Assembly: GCA_965203805.1 (NCBI GenBank)
Contig: OZ241917.1
Span: forward strand, 576,001 to 640,000
Source of the DNA: Candidatus Latescibacterota bacterium
GTDB taxonomy: Bacteria > Latescibacterota > UBA2968 > GCA-2709665
Direction of reading: 5' to 3'
Length of the DNA stretch: 64,000 nt
Positions 19,286-28,550 of the stretch are shown piece by piece. Every line of letters starts with the position of its first letter. Within the stretch, counting starts at the first letter, position 1. The notes under the pieces are model-generated. The model made no database searches and was not told the origin of the DNA. It saw nothing but the letters and a program-made list of their open reading frames with translations. Made by a program: the position numbers and the translations under genes.

Positions 19286-20104
19286 ATGTACAAGGTGTCG
19301 TACGACGGAACGAACAAGAAGATCCTCTGGCAGGAGATGTGGCGGCACGAGTTCGAAGAGGCCCTGAAACACGATCCTGTCGTGATATTGCCCACGGGTT
19401 CGGTGGAACAGCACGGCCCCCACTGCCCGATGGATGTGGATATCGTGGGTCCGTTTTATATGGCGGCGCGCGTGGCGCAGCGGGTGGACGATTTTCCCGT
19501 GATCGTCGCGCCGCCGATCTGGTCCGGATTCACTCACTACAACAAGGGGTTTGCGGGAACCATCAGCCTGCGGATCGAGACCTACCTGAACCTCGTCGGC
19601 GACGTCTGCAGGAGCATCTACGACAACGGATTCAAACGCATCGTGATGGTGAACGGGCACGGGGGCAATATGGCGCCCAACCACGTGGTACGGGACACCA
19701 TCGCGGAAGAGAACGTGTTCGTGGTCGCCTATAGCTGGTGGCAGTCCGTCGCGGACGAGATGCTGGCGTGGAGCGATGCGGACAACGGCAGCGTCGGCCA
19801 CGGCGGCGAGTGGGAGACGTCGGTCCAACTGTATCTGCGGGAGCATCTCATTGCGAAATCTCTGATGAACGACGATATCTTTCCGAATCCGTTCAGCGAG
19901 AATCTCCGCCACTTCGGCGGGTTTTCGGAGCGCCGCAGGGATACCCGCGACATCACCGGCACCATGGGCAGTTCGAGCGTTGCCAGCAGGGAGAAGGGGG
20001 AGCGGGTCTTCAACCTGGCGGTAGACCGCCTGGAGTGCCTGGTCCGGGAGTACCACGAACAGCCGGTCAGACAGTACAGGGAGTTCGGATCGCATTGTCC
20101 GTGA
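19286..20104 (+). CDS. Creatininase/creatinine amidohydrolase family protein
   Basis: GSVEQHGPH, NGHGGN, HGGEWETS motifs. Confidence 0.88.
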   Translation: MYKVSYDGTNKKILWQEMWRHEFEEALKHDPVVILPTGSVEQHGPHCPMDVDIVGPFYMAARVAQRVDDFPVIVAPPIWSGFTHYNKGFAGTISLRIETYLNLVGDVCRSIYDNGFKRIVMVNGHGGNMAPNHVVRDTIAEENVFVVAYSWWQSVADEMLAWSDADNGSVGHGGEWETSVQLYLREHLIAKSLMNDDIFPNPFSENLRHFGGFSERRRDTRDITGTMGSSSVASREKGERVFNLAVDRLECLVREYHEQPVRQYREFGSHCP

Positions 20105-20195
20105 GAACCTGATCATCAACGCCTCCAATGCCGTTCCGGACGGACGGCGTCGAGGGGCATTTTCCCGGATTGCGAATCCGCAGGAGACAAACGGC

Positions 20196-21803
20196 ATGTC
20201 GAATCTGCTTTATTTCGATTGTCACGCGACCGTCGGGCAGCGGCCCATGAAGCATCCCCGGGTGCGCTGGTCCACCGAGCACCTTCTCGAAGATATGGAC
20301 CTTGCCGAGATCTCCGGCGCGCTGGTCACGCACGGCGTCGCCCGGAGTTACGATCCCGTGTACGGAAATCGCCGGTTGCAGGCGGAACGGGCAAAGGCGC
20401 CCGGCAGGCTGTTCGGGGCGTGGTGTATCGTTCCGCTGGGAGACCCCGGTTTCTTCGCCGATGGCGACACATTGATCGCGGCGATGGAGGAGGATGACGT
20501 CCGGGCCGTGCGTCTGATGCCGGGAGGGTTTCCCCTGCATCCGGAACTGGTGGGTCCGACCTTCGAGGTCCTGCAGCACCACGGCATCCTGACGTTGCTG
20601 GAGGTCGGCTGGGGAATGCCTGACATATTCGGGTTCTTCCACGACTTGCTGTCCCGGTATCCGCGGTTGCCGGTACTGCTGACAGATCACGTCTGGAGCC
20701 AGCAGCGCCACGTCTATGCGCTGATGCAGCGGCACGAGAACCTGCACCTGGAATTCTCATCCTACCAGATCAACCGGGGAATCGAGAAGTACGTCGCGGA
20801 TTTTGGAGACGAGCGCCTGCTCTTCGGTACCGGAGGCACGGAGAAGTCACCCGGCGCCGCACGCTTTTACGTGGATTACGCGCAAATTCCGGACGCTTCC
20901 AAACGCCGGATTGCGGGCGGGAATCTGAAGCGGTTATTGAAGGGACAGGGACCCGTCCAGCCCGCGCCGCCCTCGAGCAAGGCGGATGGCATCATGGCAG
21001 AGGCCAGGTCGGGCCGGCCGCTGTCGGTTCCGGTCCTCGACGCGCATTCCCATGTATTGCACGAAGGCGGGCAGACAGCAGGTGTGAACTATCTCATGTA
21101 CGACGGCGACGCCGAACACATGCTGGCGCTGAATGCGCGTTGCGGCATCGACAGGACCGCCATGATGAGCTGGAACGCGCCGGTCTGCGTGGATGCGCAA
21201 GACGGCAACGAGATCGTCTGGCGGGCCATGCAAAGGTTCGGCGACCCGGTGATCGGCGTGGCGGTCATCGATCCGACCCATATGACGCCTGCCGAGATGC
21301 AGGCCGAGATACATCTGCGGTATTTAGATCAGGGATTTGTGGGCATGAAACCCTACGTGCGGATGAACATGAACTATGAAGACGAGAAATTCATGCCCTG
21401 GTGGGAGTTCGGAAACGCGCACAACCTGTACGCCTTGATGCACGTGGCCGGGCATACCGGCGGCGTGGCCGGCATCGGCAGATTGGCTGAGCGATTCCCG
21501 GAAGTCAGCTGGCTGATTGCGCATGCCGGAGGCAGTTACCCCTTCGCGGAGGAAGTGGCGGCGTGTATCCGGGAGCACCCCAACGTGTATGCCGAGATCA
21601 CGCTGACGCCCGTAACGAACCGCGTCGTGGAGTTTCTGGTTGCCGCGACCGACGAGGATCACGTGCTGTTCGGCACGGATGCGCCGATGAGAGATCCCAG
21701 GCAGCAACTGGGTTGGGTCGTTTGGGCAAAGCTGCCCCTGCCGGCAAAGAAGAAGGTTCTGGGTGGGAATTTCCAGCGAATACTGGATCGGGTGAGGTTG
21801 TGA
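20196..21803 (+). CDS. Tandem two-domain amidohydrolase family protein
   Basis: Two repeats: DCH...RLLFGT...IAGGNLKRLL and DAHSH...IAHAG...VLFGTDAP...LGGNFQRIL. Confidence 0.78.
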   Translation: MSNLLYFDCHATVGQRPMKHPRVRWSTEHLLEDMDLAEISGALVTHGVARSYDPVYGNRRLQAERAKAPGRLFGAWCIVPLGDPGFFADGDTLIAAMEEDDVRAVRLMPGGFPLHPELVGPTFEVLQHHGILTLLEVGWGMPDIFGFFHDLLSRYPRLPVLLTDHVWSQQRHVYALMQRHENLHLEFSSYQINRGIEKYVADFGDERLLFGTGGTEKSPGAARFYVDYAQIPDASKRRIAGGNLKRLLKGQGPVQPAPPSSKADGIMAEARSGRPLSVPVLDAHSHVLHEGGQTAGVNYLMYDGDAEHMLALNARCGIDRTAMMSWNAPVCVDAQDGNEIVWRAMQRFGDPVIGVAVIDPTHMTPAEMQAEIHLRYLDQGFVGMKPYVRMNMNYEDEKFMPWWEFGNAHNLYALMHVAGHTGGVAGIGRLAERFPEVSWLIAHAGGSYPFAEEVAACIREHPNVYAEITLTPVTNRVVEFLVAATDEDHVLFGTDAPMRDPRQQLGWVVWAKLPLPAKKKVLGGNFQRILDRVRL

Positions 21804-21899
21804 GGGTGCCGCCGCAGGCCAACGCGATGCGCCTGAGCGGGCGCATCGCATACCGGCTTCGCGCCGGCGCCGGGTGAAGATTCAGGCTGAGGGAGACAG

Positions 21900-22982
21900 A
21901 TGGCAGACATGGATAGCATACGTGTGGCGCTGTTCGGGTTGACGCATCCGCACTCGCTCGCGCACCTGAAGACGTTGCAATTGTCCGATATGGTGCGTGG
22001 AATCGTGCTGTATGACGACGACGCCCGGGCTGTCGCGGAAGTCCGGAATTCGACGGACGACAAGATCGACGGGGGATACCACGATCTTGAGGAAATGCTG
22101 GCAAAGGAGTCCTTCGACGTGGGTATTGCGGACTTTCAGAATCACGTGAACGGGTCGCTTTGCCTCAGGCTGATCGACCGGGGCGTCCACGTGATCAGCG
22201 AGAAGCCGGTTTCCAATTCCTCCTCGGAACTGTCCGGGATTGTCGACGCGGCGTCGCGAGCCGGGGTGAAGCTGGGCGTCATGTACCAGAACCGGTACCA
22301 CCCTGTCGCGCGGGAGGCGCGCCGCCTGGTGCGGGAGGGCGTCGTCGGCCGGGTTACGGGGTGCGAGGCGAGGATGATCACCTCGCAGGTCAGATTCAGA
22401 AATCCCGGTCACTGGCTGTTCGACAGACGGAAAGCCGGCGGCGGGATTCTGTCGTGGCTGGGCTGCCACTATATCGATCTGTTGCGTTACGTGCTGGACG
22501 ACGACGTTGTCGAGGTGTTTGCGATGACCGATACCCTGAGCGGCGAGGACATCGACGTGGAAGACGTCGCATCGCTGGGATTCCGGTTTGGGCGGGGCGC
22601 GATCGGCAGCCTGCACGCGGGTTATCAGCTCGCGATGAGTGTGCCCGGCTATTCCGGCGCGACCTACGACACCTACGTAGGGTTTCGCGGCACGGAAGGC
22701 AGGGTGTACTGGAATCCGGTCGACCGGCCGCCTGAATTGCACGCCGAGAGCGCGATTCCGGCGTGGCAGGCCTCGCCTGCGCGCTCGTATCGCTATGCGT
22801 TGCCGGAGCTGGATTGTTACGGCGGCGGGTTCGGCATTGCGTTCATGGAACGGTTCTTCCGCTCGGCGCAGGGCGACGGAGAGCCGCCCGCCACCGGCGA
22901 CGACGCGCTCAGGGTGTCCAGGGTCATCGAGGCGGCGTATGAATCCAGTGAAACCGGCCGCAGGATCAGCGTGGCGACGTAA
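21900..22982 (+). CDS. Gfo/Idh/MocA family oxidoreductase
   Basis: GLTHPH, HVISEKP, GGGILSWLGCHYID, VEDVA motifs. Confidence 0.87.
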   Translation: MADMDSIRVALFGLTHPHSLAHLKTLQLSDMVRGIVLYDDDARAVAEVRNSTDDKIDGGYHDLEEMLAKESFDVGIADFQNHVNGSLCLRLIDRGVHVISEKPVSNSSSELSGIVDAASRAGVKLGVMYQNRYHPVAREARRLVREGVVGRVTGCEARMITSQVRFRNPGHWLFDRRKAGGGILSWLGCHYIDLLRYVLDDDVVEVFAMTDTLSGEDIDVEDVASLGFRFGRGAIGSLHAGYQLAMSVPGYSGATYDTYVGFRGTEGRVYWNPVDRPPELHAESAIPAWQASPARSYRYALPELDCYGGGFGIAFMERFFRSAQGDGEPPATGDDALRVSRVIEAAYESSETGRRISVAT

Positions 22983-23038
22983 GGACAGAAGCGGATATTT
23001 CAAATGATGTCGAATTTGAGTACTGGCTCCACAATCGG

Positions 23039-23872
23039 ATGATGGACGGTTACGTTAAATTGAAGACATTGGCGGGTAAATCAGTGCGACCGCTGGGCCT
23101 TGCGGGTTCGCCCGATACGCAGTGCGGTTTCGCTTCCATCGCGCACGGGGCCGGGGTGAATTTCTTCTTCTTCTACGGCCTGAACTTTGGCGGCATGATC
23201 GACGGCGTCAGTCGTCTGGTCCGGGAGCGCCGCGAAGACGTTTTCATCGCCACCGGCACCGAGTCCCGCGACCCGGATGAAATGCGGGACTATTTCGATG
23301 CCGTGCGCCAGGCGCTGGCCGTGGACGTGGTCGACCTTTTTTTCGCGGAGTACGTTTCGCCTTCGGACAATATCGAGCACGTGCTGGGAAACGGCGGTGC
23401 GATCGACGAAATCTGGAACTGGAAGAACGAAGGGAAGGTGCGTTACGTCGGCGCAACCGCGCACAGCCGGCCCCTTTCGCTGCAGCTCATTGGGAGCGGT
23501 CGGGTCCAGGTGCTGATGCACCGGTACAATATGGCGCACCGGAAGTCGGAGGAAGCCGTGTTTCCCGCGGCCCTCGAAGCGGGCGTGCCGGTGGTCGCAT
23601 TTACCTGCACGCGTTGGGGATCGCTGCTCAAGGGGCATGCCGTCTGGCGTGGGCCGACCCCCTCGGCGGCCGATTGTTACCGGTTCGTCCTGCAGCACCC
23701 CGCCGTCCGTCTGGCGCTGACGGCGCCTGCCAGCGAAGACCATCTTCGTGAGAACCTCAACGTGCTGACGGAACCTCACGAACCGCGTCCGGAAGACGTG
23801 GCGGCGTGGAAGGCGTACGGAGACCTCGTGTATGGAAAAGGTACCGATGCATTTGAAACGCGTTGGCCTTAA
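23039..23872 (+). CDS. Aldo/keto reductase-fold protein (atypical)
   Basis: RPLGLAG, EGKVRYVGATAH, MHRYNMAHR, CYRFVLQHPAV, LRENL motifs. Confidence 0.72.
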   Translation: MMDGYVKLKTLAGKSVRPLGLAGSPDTQCGFASIAHGAGVNFFFFYGLNFGGMIDGVSRLVRERREDVFIATGTESRDPDEMRDYFDAVRQALAVDVVDLFFAEYVSPSDNIEHVLGNGGAIDEIWNWKNEGKVRYVGATAHSRPLSLQLIGSGRVQVLMHRYNMAHRKSEEAVFPAALEAGVPVVAFTCTRWGSLLKGHAVWRGPTPSAADCYRFVLQHPAVRLALTAPASEDHLRENLNVLTEPHEPRPEDVAAWKAYGDLVYGKGTDAFETRWP

Positions 23873-24653
23873 GGCGGGAGCCCGACTGGCGCCGGTGCGG
23901 GTATTGCTGTTTTTGCTGTTCTCGCCCGGATACACTTTTGGTACCGAAAATCCTCCGGCGGATGGATTCGATTCAGCCGGTTCGGACGCGCGGGCGATCG
24001 AGGTTGCAGACGCCGTGATGAGAAAGATGGGCGGGCGGGAGAACTGGGACCGGACCCGGTACCTCACGTGGAGATTCTTCGGCCGGCGCCTGCACGTATG
24101 GGACCGGTGGACCGGCGACATACGCTTCGAAGAAGCCGATCTCGTCACGCTGATGAACGTGCATAGCCGGGAAGGACGTGTCTGGCAGGGAAGGCGTCAG
24201 ATAACCGAAACGGATTCCCTGAAGAAGTACCTGGAGATGGGTTACCGCGCGTGGATCAACGATTCCTACTGGCTGGTGATGCCGTATAAGCTGAAGGATT
24301 CGGGAGTGACGCTGAAATACGCCGGCGAGGGCAAGACCGAAAATGGGCGCGACGCTCACGTATTGACGCTGACTTTCGACAACGTGGGCGTGACGCCGCA
24401 GAACAAATACGACGTCTACGTCGACCGGGAGCGGATGCTGGTCGAACAATGGGCGTTCTATCGGAACGCTTCAGACGCAGAGCCGCGCTTTGTCGGCCCA
24501 TGGGCAGACTGGAAACCGCACGGCGGAATCCTTTTGTCCGCAAACCGAGGTCGGACGTCGCATACGGACGTGGCCGTTTTCGATGTCCTGCCCCGCGCGG
24601 TTCTTGAGAGTCCCGAACCCGTGGACTTGATGGCGTTTGAGAAAGCGAGGTGA
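23847..24653 (+). CDS. Conserved secreted hypothetical protein (possibly DUF6503-like)
   Basis: Signal-peptide-like N-terminus; MGG.ENW, WINDSYWL.MPYKL.D.GV.L, VG.TP.NKY motifs. Confidence 0.55.
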   Translation: MHLKRVGLKAGARLAPVRVLLFLLFSPGYTFGTENPPADGFDSAGSDARAIEVADAVMRKMGGRENWDRTRYLTWRFFGRRLHVWDRWTGDIRFEEADLVTLMNVHSREGRVWQGRRQITETDSLKKYLEMGYRAWINDSYWLVMPYKLKDSGVTLKYAGEGKTENGRDAHVLTLTFDNVGVTPQNKYDVYVDRERMLVEQWAFYRNASDAEPRFVGPWADWKPHGGILLSANRGRTSHTDVAVFDVLPRAVLESPEPVDLMAFEKAR

Positions 24654-24704
24654 AGATCGGCTGCACGCATGTCGTGACAGACTCACTGCTATGGCAAATC
24701 GGAT

Positions 24705-24745
24705 AACGAATAGTGGCCCTTCGCTCAGCGAGGGCCGTTTTCGTT
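24705..24745 (+). terminator. Intrinsic terminator
   Basis: GGCCCT-TCGCTCAGCG-AGGGCC hairpin followed by GTTTTCGTT at the end of the plus-strand gene run. Confidence 0.65.
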
Positions 24746-24852
24746 GCGGGTTCGCCGCGAGGCGAATTCCAGGCGCATTCTGCTACGAGTTGCGCCGACG
24801 TCTATCCGTGAAAATCGGGAAGCCGATTCATTGACAGCGGGGGTTCCCATTC

Positions 24853-24881
24853 TTGACTTGAATGGTCGATTTGCTTATGTT
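24853..24881 (+). promoter_or_regulatory. Sigma70-like promoter for the dockerin-like protein gene
   Basis: TTGACT-17 nt-TATGTT. Confidence 0.5.
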
Positions 24882-25056
24882 GTGAAAACTTTTCGCAAAT
24901 GAGATCGCGGCGAGTCTGTCACGCTCCGATGAGCACAGTTGGCAGGCACGGGTCCTTCACGAGAATGCCGTCCGGCCGTCAGTCCGCGGGACGGAACGGT
25001 CTCCTCAGACGTAGGGTCAAATAGGCAGGGACAGCCAACCACGGGGGAGGAACGAT

Positions 25057-25836
25057 ATGCGTTTCTTTTTGAGATGGATGATCGTCGGATTGCCGCTGCT
25101 ATGGCCGGCAATCGCAAATGCGCAACTGATGCCACCGGATGCCGAGAAGCCAAAGGCCGAAGGCGGCGATCCGGTGGGTGCGTGGATGGCGGACTCGACG
25201 GCGTTGCCGGTCTGGGTCGATCCCAAAATCCTGGGTGTGATTTCCGACGTCACCATGGACGGAACGGTTTCCGGTACTCTGACCCTCAATACCGATGACG
25301 ACACCTACGAGGCGGACTTCGCCTCATCTGTTCACGTACAATTGAATGCAAGCATTTTGGGTATCACGATTGACCTCGACAGTACATTTGTCGTTGCGCG
25401 CAAAGAGGGGGGCGTCTTCGAAGTGAAGGACTCGGCCGTGATCCTGGAATACACGCCGGAGGATAGTACGACGGCGGTACGTGACACGCTGGGATTTTCA
25501 GCCAGAGAGGATTCGCTCTTTCTGCATCAGGTGGTGCCGCTCGGGCAATATACTCAGTATTTGGCCATTCTTCGGGCCGAAGCACCAATTGCCGTTCTGG
25601 GCTTCGCGAAAGTCGCGGACGATACCGAACCCCCTCCGGTCGAGCCGCCGGAACCCGGGACGTCGGCTGACTTCAACGGGGACGGGAGTGTGGATTTTTC
25701 GGACTTTATCGCGTTTGCACAGAATTTCGGACGGAGCGACGGGGACGATAACTACGATTCAAGGTTCGACCTGAACGGAGACAACAGAGTCGATTTTTCA
25801 GATTTTATCGCGTTCGCCCAGCAATTCGGGCAGTAG
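25057..25836 (+). CDS. Secreted protein with C-terminal duplicated dockerin/EF-hand-like Ca-binding repeats
   Basis: Signal peptide (ANA-Q), Pro-rich linker, ADFNGDGSVDFSDFIAFAQNFG and FDLNGDNRVDFSDFIAFAQQFG repeats; GGAGG RBS. Confidence 0.75.
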   Translation: MRFFLRWMIVGLPLLWPAIANAQLMPPDAEKPKAEGGDPVGAWMADSTALPVWVDPKILGVISDVTMDGTVSGTLTLNTDDDTYEADFASSVHVQLNASILGITIDLDSTFVVARKEGGVFEVKDSAVILEYTPEDSTTAVRDTLGFSAREDSLFLHQVVPLGQYTQYLAILRAEAPIAVLGFAKVADDTEPPPVEPPEPGTSADFNGDGSVDFSDFIAFAQNFGRSDGDDNYDSRFDLNGDNRVDFSDFIAFAQQFGQ

Positions 25837-25859
25837 CTGCAGAGGTGTGACCGTCGCTG

Positions 25860-26630
25860 CTACGGGACGCCCGCGAGGAGGAGGCCGCCGTCCACGGGGA
25901 GTGAAACGCCGTTGATGCTGGCGGCCTGCGGACTGCAAAGGAAGACCACCGCCCGCCCGATGTCTTCAGGCGTGCCGTACCGTCGCGTGGGGATGAAGCC
26001 ATGGAGGCGTTCGGGCGCACTGCCGCGATTGGGAGCGGCCTGCCCGAAGGCGTGTTTCGTGTCCATATAGCCGGGCAGGATCGCATTGCAGCGTATGCCG
26101 AGGCGCGCCAGTTCCCAGGCCATGCTTTCGGTAAGCCGCAGAATACCCGCCTTCGCGGTCCCGTAACACGTGTCGTTCTCCCAAACGGCCTGGGCGTGCA
26201 CCGACGAAATGCTCACGATGCTTCCGCCCTCGCCCCGTTCCGCCATATTCCGGGCCGCCGCCTGGCTACAGAGGAAATACCCTTTCAGACACACGTCCAG
26301 CGTGCGGTCCCAGATTGCTTCGGTGATTTCCAGAAAAGGCCGGTTTTCGGATGCGTAGGGATTGTTGACAAGGATGTCGACGCGGCCGAAGCGATCCAGA
26401 AAGTCCTCGAACATCCGGTTCACCGCCTCCGCGCTTGAGATATCGGCATCGAAATAGGCCGCCTCGCGGCCCGCTTTCCGTACGAGGTCCAGGGTTGTTT
26501 CGACGTCGTCGTCCCTCTCGATGTCGTTGATTCCCACGTCGCATCCGGCTTCCGCAAGGGACTGAACGATGCCCCTGCCGATGTTGCGCCTGGCGCCGGT
26601 AACGAGTGCTTTTCTGCCTTCGAGCAACAT
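25860..26630 (-). CDS. SDR family oxidoreductase
   Basis: TGARRNIG, ILVNN, YGTAK, GVSLPVDGG; start trimmed to ATG 26630. Confidence 0.87.
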   Translation of the reverse strand: MLLEGRKALVTGARRNIGRGIVQSLAEAGCDVGINDIERDDDVETTLDLVRKAGREAAYFDADISSAEAVNRMFEDFLDRFGRVDILVNNPYASENRPFLEITEAIWDRTLDVCLKGYFLCSQAAARNMAERGEGGSIVSISSVHAQAVWENDTCYGTAKAGILRLTESMAWELARLGIRCNAILPGYMDTKHAFGQAAPNRGSAPERLHGFIPTRRYGTPEDIGRAVVFLCSPQAASINGVSLPVDGGLLLAGVP

Positions 26631-26715
26631 AGAGGTACCTCGCTTGAAATGGGGCCTGGATCGACGTGCGGATTCGAGGCATGAAATATGCACTCGATTT
26701 TCGGCTGTCAAACAG

Positions 26716-26839
26716 AAAAAGGGAGAGGTAAGATGGCTTTCCTCCCCCCCGTTCCGACTCGGTGACAGGTTGGCCGGTTGCTGAGATATTTCCGGGACAG
26801 GACACCAGAGCCCGCACGTTTGATCGAAGGAGAGCACCG
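26716..26839 (-). ncRNA. Candidate structured RNA ending in an intrinsic terminator; resembles an IS110-family non-coding end with no transposase
   Basis: Minus strand CGGTGCTCTCC...GTGCGGGCTCTGGTGTCCTGTCCCGGA...AACCTGTCACCGAGTCGGAAC-GGGAGGAAAGCCATCTTACCTCTCCC-TTTTT. The terminator hairpin is seen directly; the IS110 resemblance is recalled, not searched. Confidence 0.3.
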
Positions 26840-27541
26840 TTGAAACTGACGTTGAGGGTTGCCGCCGTCCTGCTTTTCCTGGGGTCTCCCGCCTGGACCC
26901 GGGTTCCGAGTCCGACCGTATATGCAGTAGAAGACAGTCTATATGTCGCCGCGGATTCAGCGATCGTCCTCATGGCGCCCGAACTGCATGCTGCTGCGGC
27001 GGCAATGGAAGCGGGAGATTATGCAATGGCGTCAGCCGTACTCGAGGCGCTTACCCTGGCTGATACCGCCAACGCCGGCGCGCTGCGTATGCTCGCGAGC
27101 GCCTACCTGCGCCTGGAGGCCTATGCCTCGGCCGTTCCGGTTTGCGAACGGATTGCCGTACTGGATTCCACGGATGCGGGGGTCAGGGTGGCGCTGGGTT
27201 TCCTCCAGGGCAAGCTGGGAAACGCGGAACGTGCTCTGGATGCGTATCGCGAAGCGGTTGAGGTGGATGCCGAAACGGTACAGGCGTATCAGGGCATGGG
27301 ATGGATCCATCTGCAGCGGCGCGAACTTCAGGACGCCATGAATATGATCGCGAAGTCGACCGAACTGGCGCCGGAGTACGCCCCGAATTACGTGCTCATG
27401 GGGCGGGTTCTTACCTCGCAGGGTTTTTTCGAAAATGCCCGGCAGGCCTTTGAGACCGCATTCAGGCTCGACCCCGGACTACGTGAACAATATGGCATTC
27501 TGCTCCAGGAGCTTGTCTTGAGACACCGGCTTGATCAGTGA
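26840..27541 (+). CDS. Secreted tetratricopeptide repeat protein
   Basis: TTG start after AAGGAG, hydrophobic N-terminus, repeated A...LG..A...Y..A helical TPR pattern. Confidence 0.75.
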   Translation: MKLTLRVAAVLLFLGSPAWTRVPSPTVYAVEDSLYVAADSAIVLMAPELHAAAAAMEAGDYAMASAVLEALTLADTANAGALRMLASAYLRLEAYASAVPVCERIAVLDSTDAGVRVALGFLQGKLGNAERALDAYREAVEVDAETVQAYQGMGWIHLQRRELQDAMNMIAKSTELAPEYAPNYVLMGRVLTSQGFFENARQAFETAFRLDPGLREQYGILLQELVLRHRLDQ

Positions 27542-27682
27542 CGGGTCCGGTAGCGGCAACACCGGATCCCCTGCGGACGGCATTCGCATCACGGTTGAAT
27601 CTGCTGCCGGAGTCGGTCAGAAATTCGTGCGCGGGGTGGATGATCGCGGTGGCGGGAAGAAACGGGGCAGGAGAACCCGGGG

Positions 27683-28444
27683 TTACTTGAGCGAAAAGCC
27701 GATGGGCATCACCATCCAGACCTTCCGCTTCTGGCCTTCGTGTTTACCGGGGCGGAAACGGAACTGGCGCGCGGCCGCGATGGCGTTGTGTCGAAAGACT
27801 TCGGGCCCGCTGAGCACCTCGGCCTTTTCCACGCGGCCTTTCTTATCCACAAGCACCCGAACCATAACCGTGCCTTCCTTCTTCGCCTTGTGGGCGGCGC
27901 GGGGATACTCGGGCGCAACGATACGAATGGGATGTGGTTTGTACTCGATGTCGAACTCGTCCATCGGAGCGTCGGACGGCGGCCCTTTTGCTATGGGACC
28001 CTTCAGGCGAAGGTCCAGGGGGAGCGCATCGAGATCCAGTTCGGTGGTTTCAATGGTGACGTCTTCGGGCACTTCCTCGCCTTCAACTTCGATCGGAACG
28101 CTCGGACGAGGCGGCGGCGGCGGCGGGCGGTGGGCCTGGGATGTCTCGGGAATCTGCGCCCATTGAACCACGTCGATCTGCGGTTCGTTCAACACCACGG
28201 TGGGAATATGCTCCGGGTAGAGGAGCACGGTGACGACCGTGAACAGAAATGACGCGCCCAGCGACTTGAGAAAGCGGGTCCGATAGTCGCGCTTCAGGTC
28301 CATCTCGGGGTCTTTCGAGCGAACCGAAACGCGAACGCCCGTCGGATGATCCTTCAGCAGGCGAACAAACCTTTCCTGGCGCTCACGAAATCGCGCCAGC
28401 TGGGCCAGGAGTGAATGACTGAAGCGATGGTGAACGATATTCAT
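27683..28444 (-). CDS. TonB family energy transducer (true start possibly near 28303-28330)
   Basis: One TM segment, PPPPPPRP linker, PEYP..A...EGTV.V.VLVD..G.V and FRFRPG C-terminal TonB domain. Confidence 0.82.
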   Translation of the reverse strand: MNIVHHRFSHSLLAQLARFRERQERFVRLLKDHPTGVRVSVRSKDPEMDLKRDYRTRFLKSLGASFLFTVVTVLLYPEHIPTVVLNEPQIDVVQWAQIPETSQAHRPPPPPPRPSVPIEVEGEEVPEDVTIETTELDLDALPLDLRLKGPIAKGPPSDAPMDEFDIEYKPHPIRIVAPEYPRAAHKAKKEGTVMVRVLVDKKGRVEKAEVLSGPEVFRHNAIAAARQFRFRPGKHEGQKRKVWMVMPIGFSLK

Positions 28445-28550
28445 TGTTCAGTGTGATGAGGGTGTGTCGGGATTGTGAAGGTGCCGGCGCCGGGAACGGA
28501 CGCGCCCTTCGTTCCTGATGGCGCCTCGAATCAACCTGTAAATTCGGGTC

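Noticed and set aside
25660-25830. Direct nucleotide repeats (GATTTTTC.GA.TTTATCGCGTT) as a possible CRISPR or mobile repeat
   Set aside because: They encode the duplicated dockerin/EF-hand motif; only two copies, no spacers and no cas genes.
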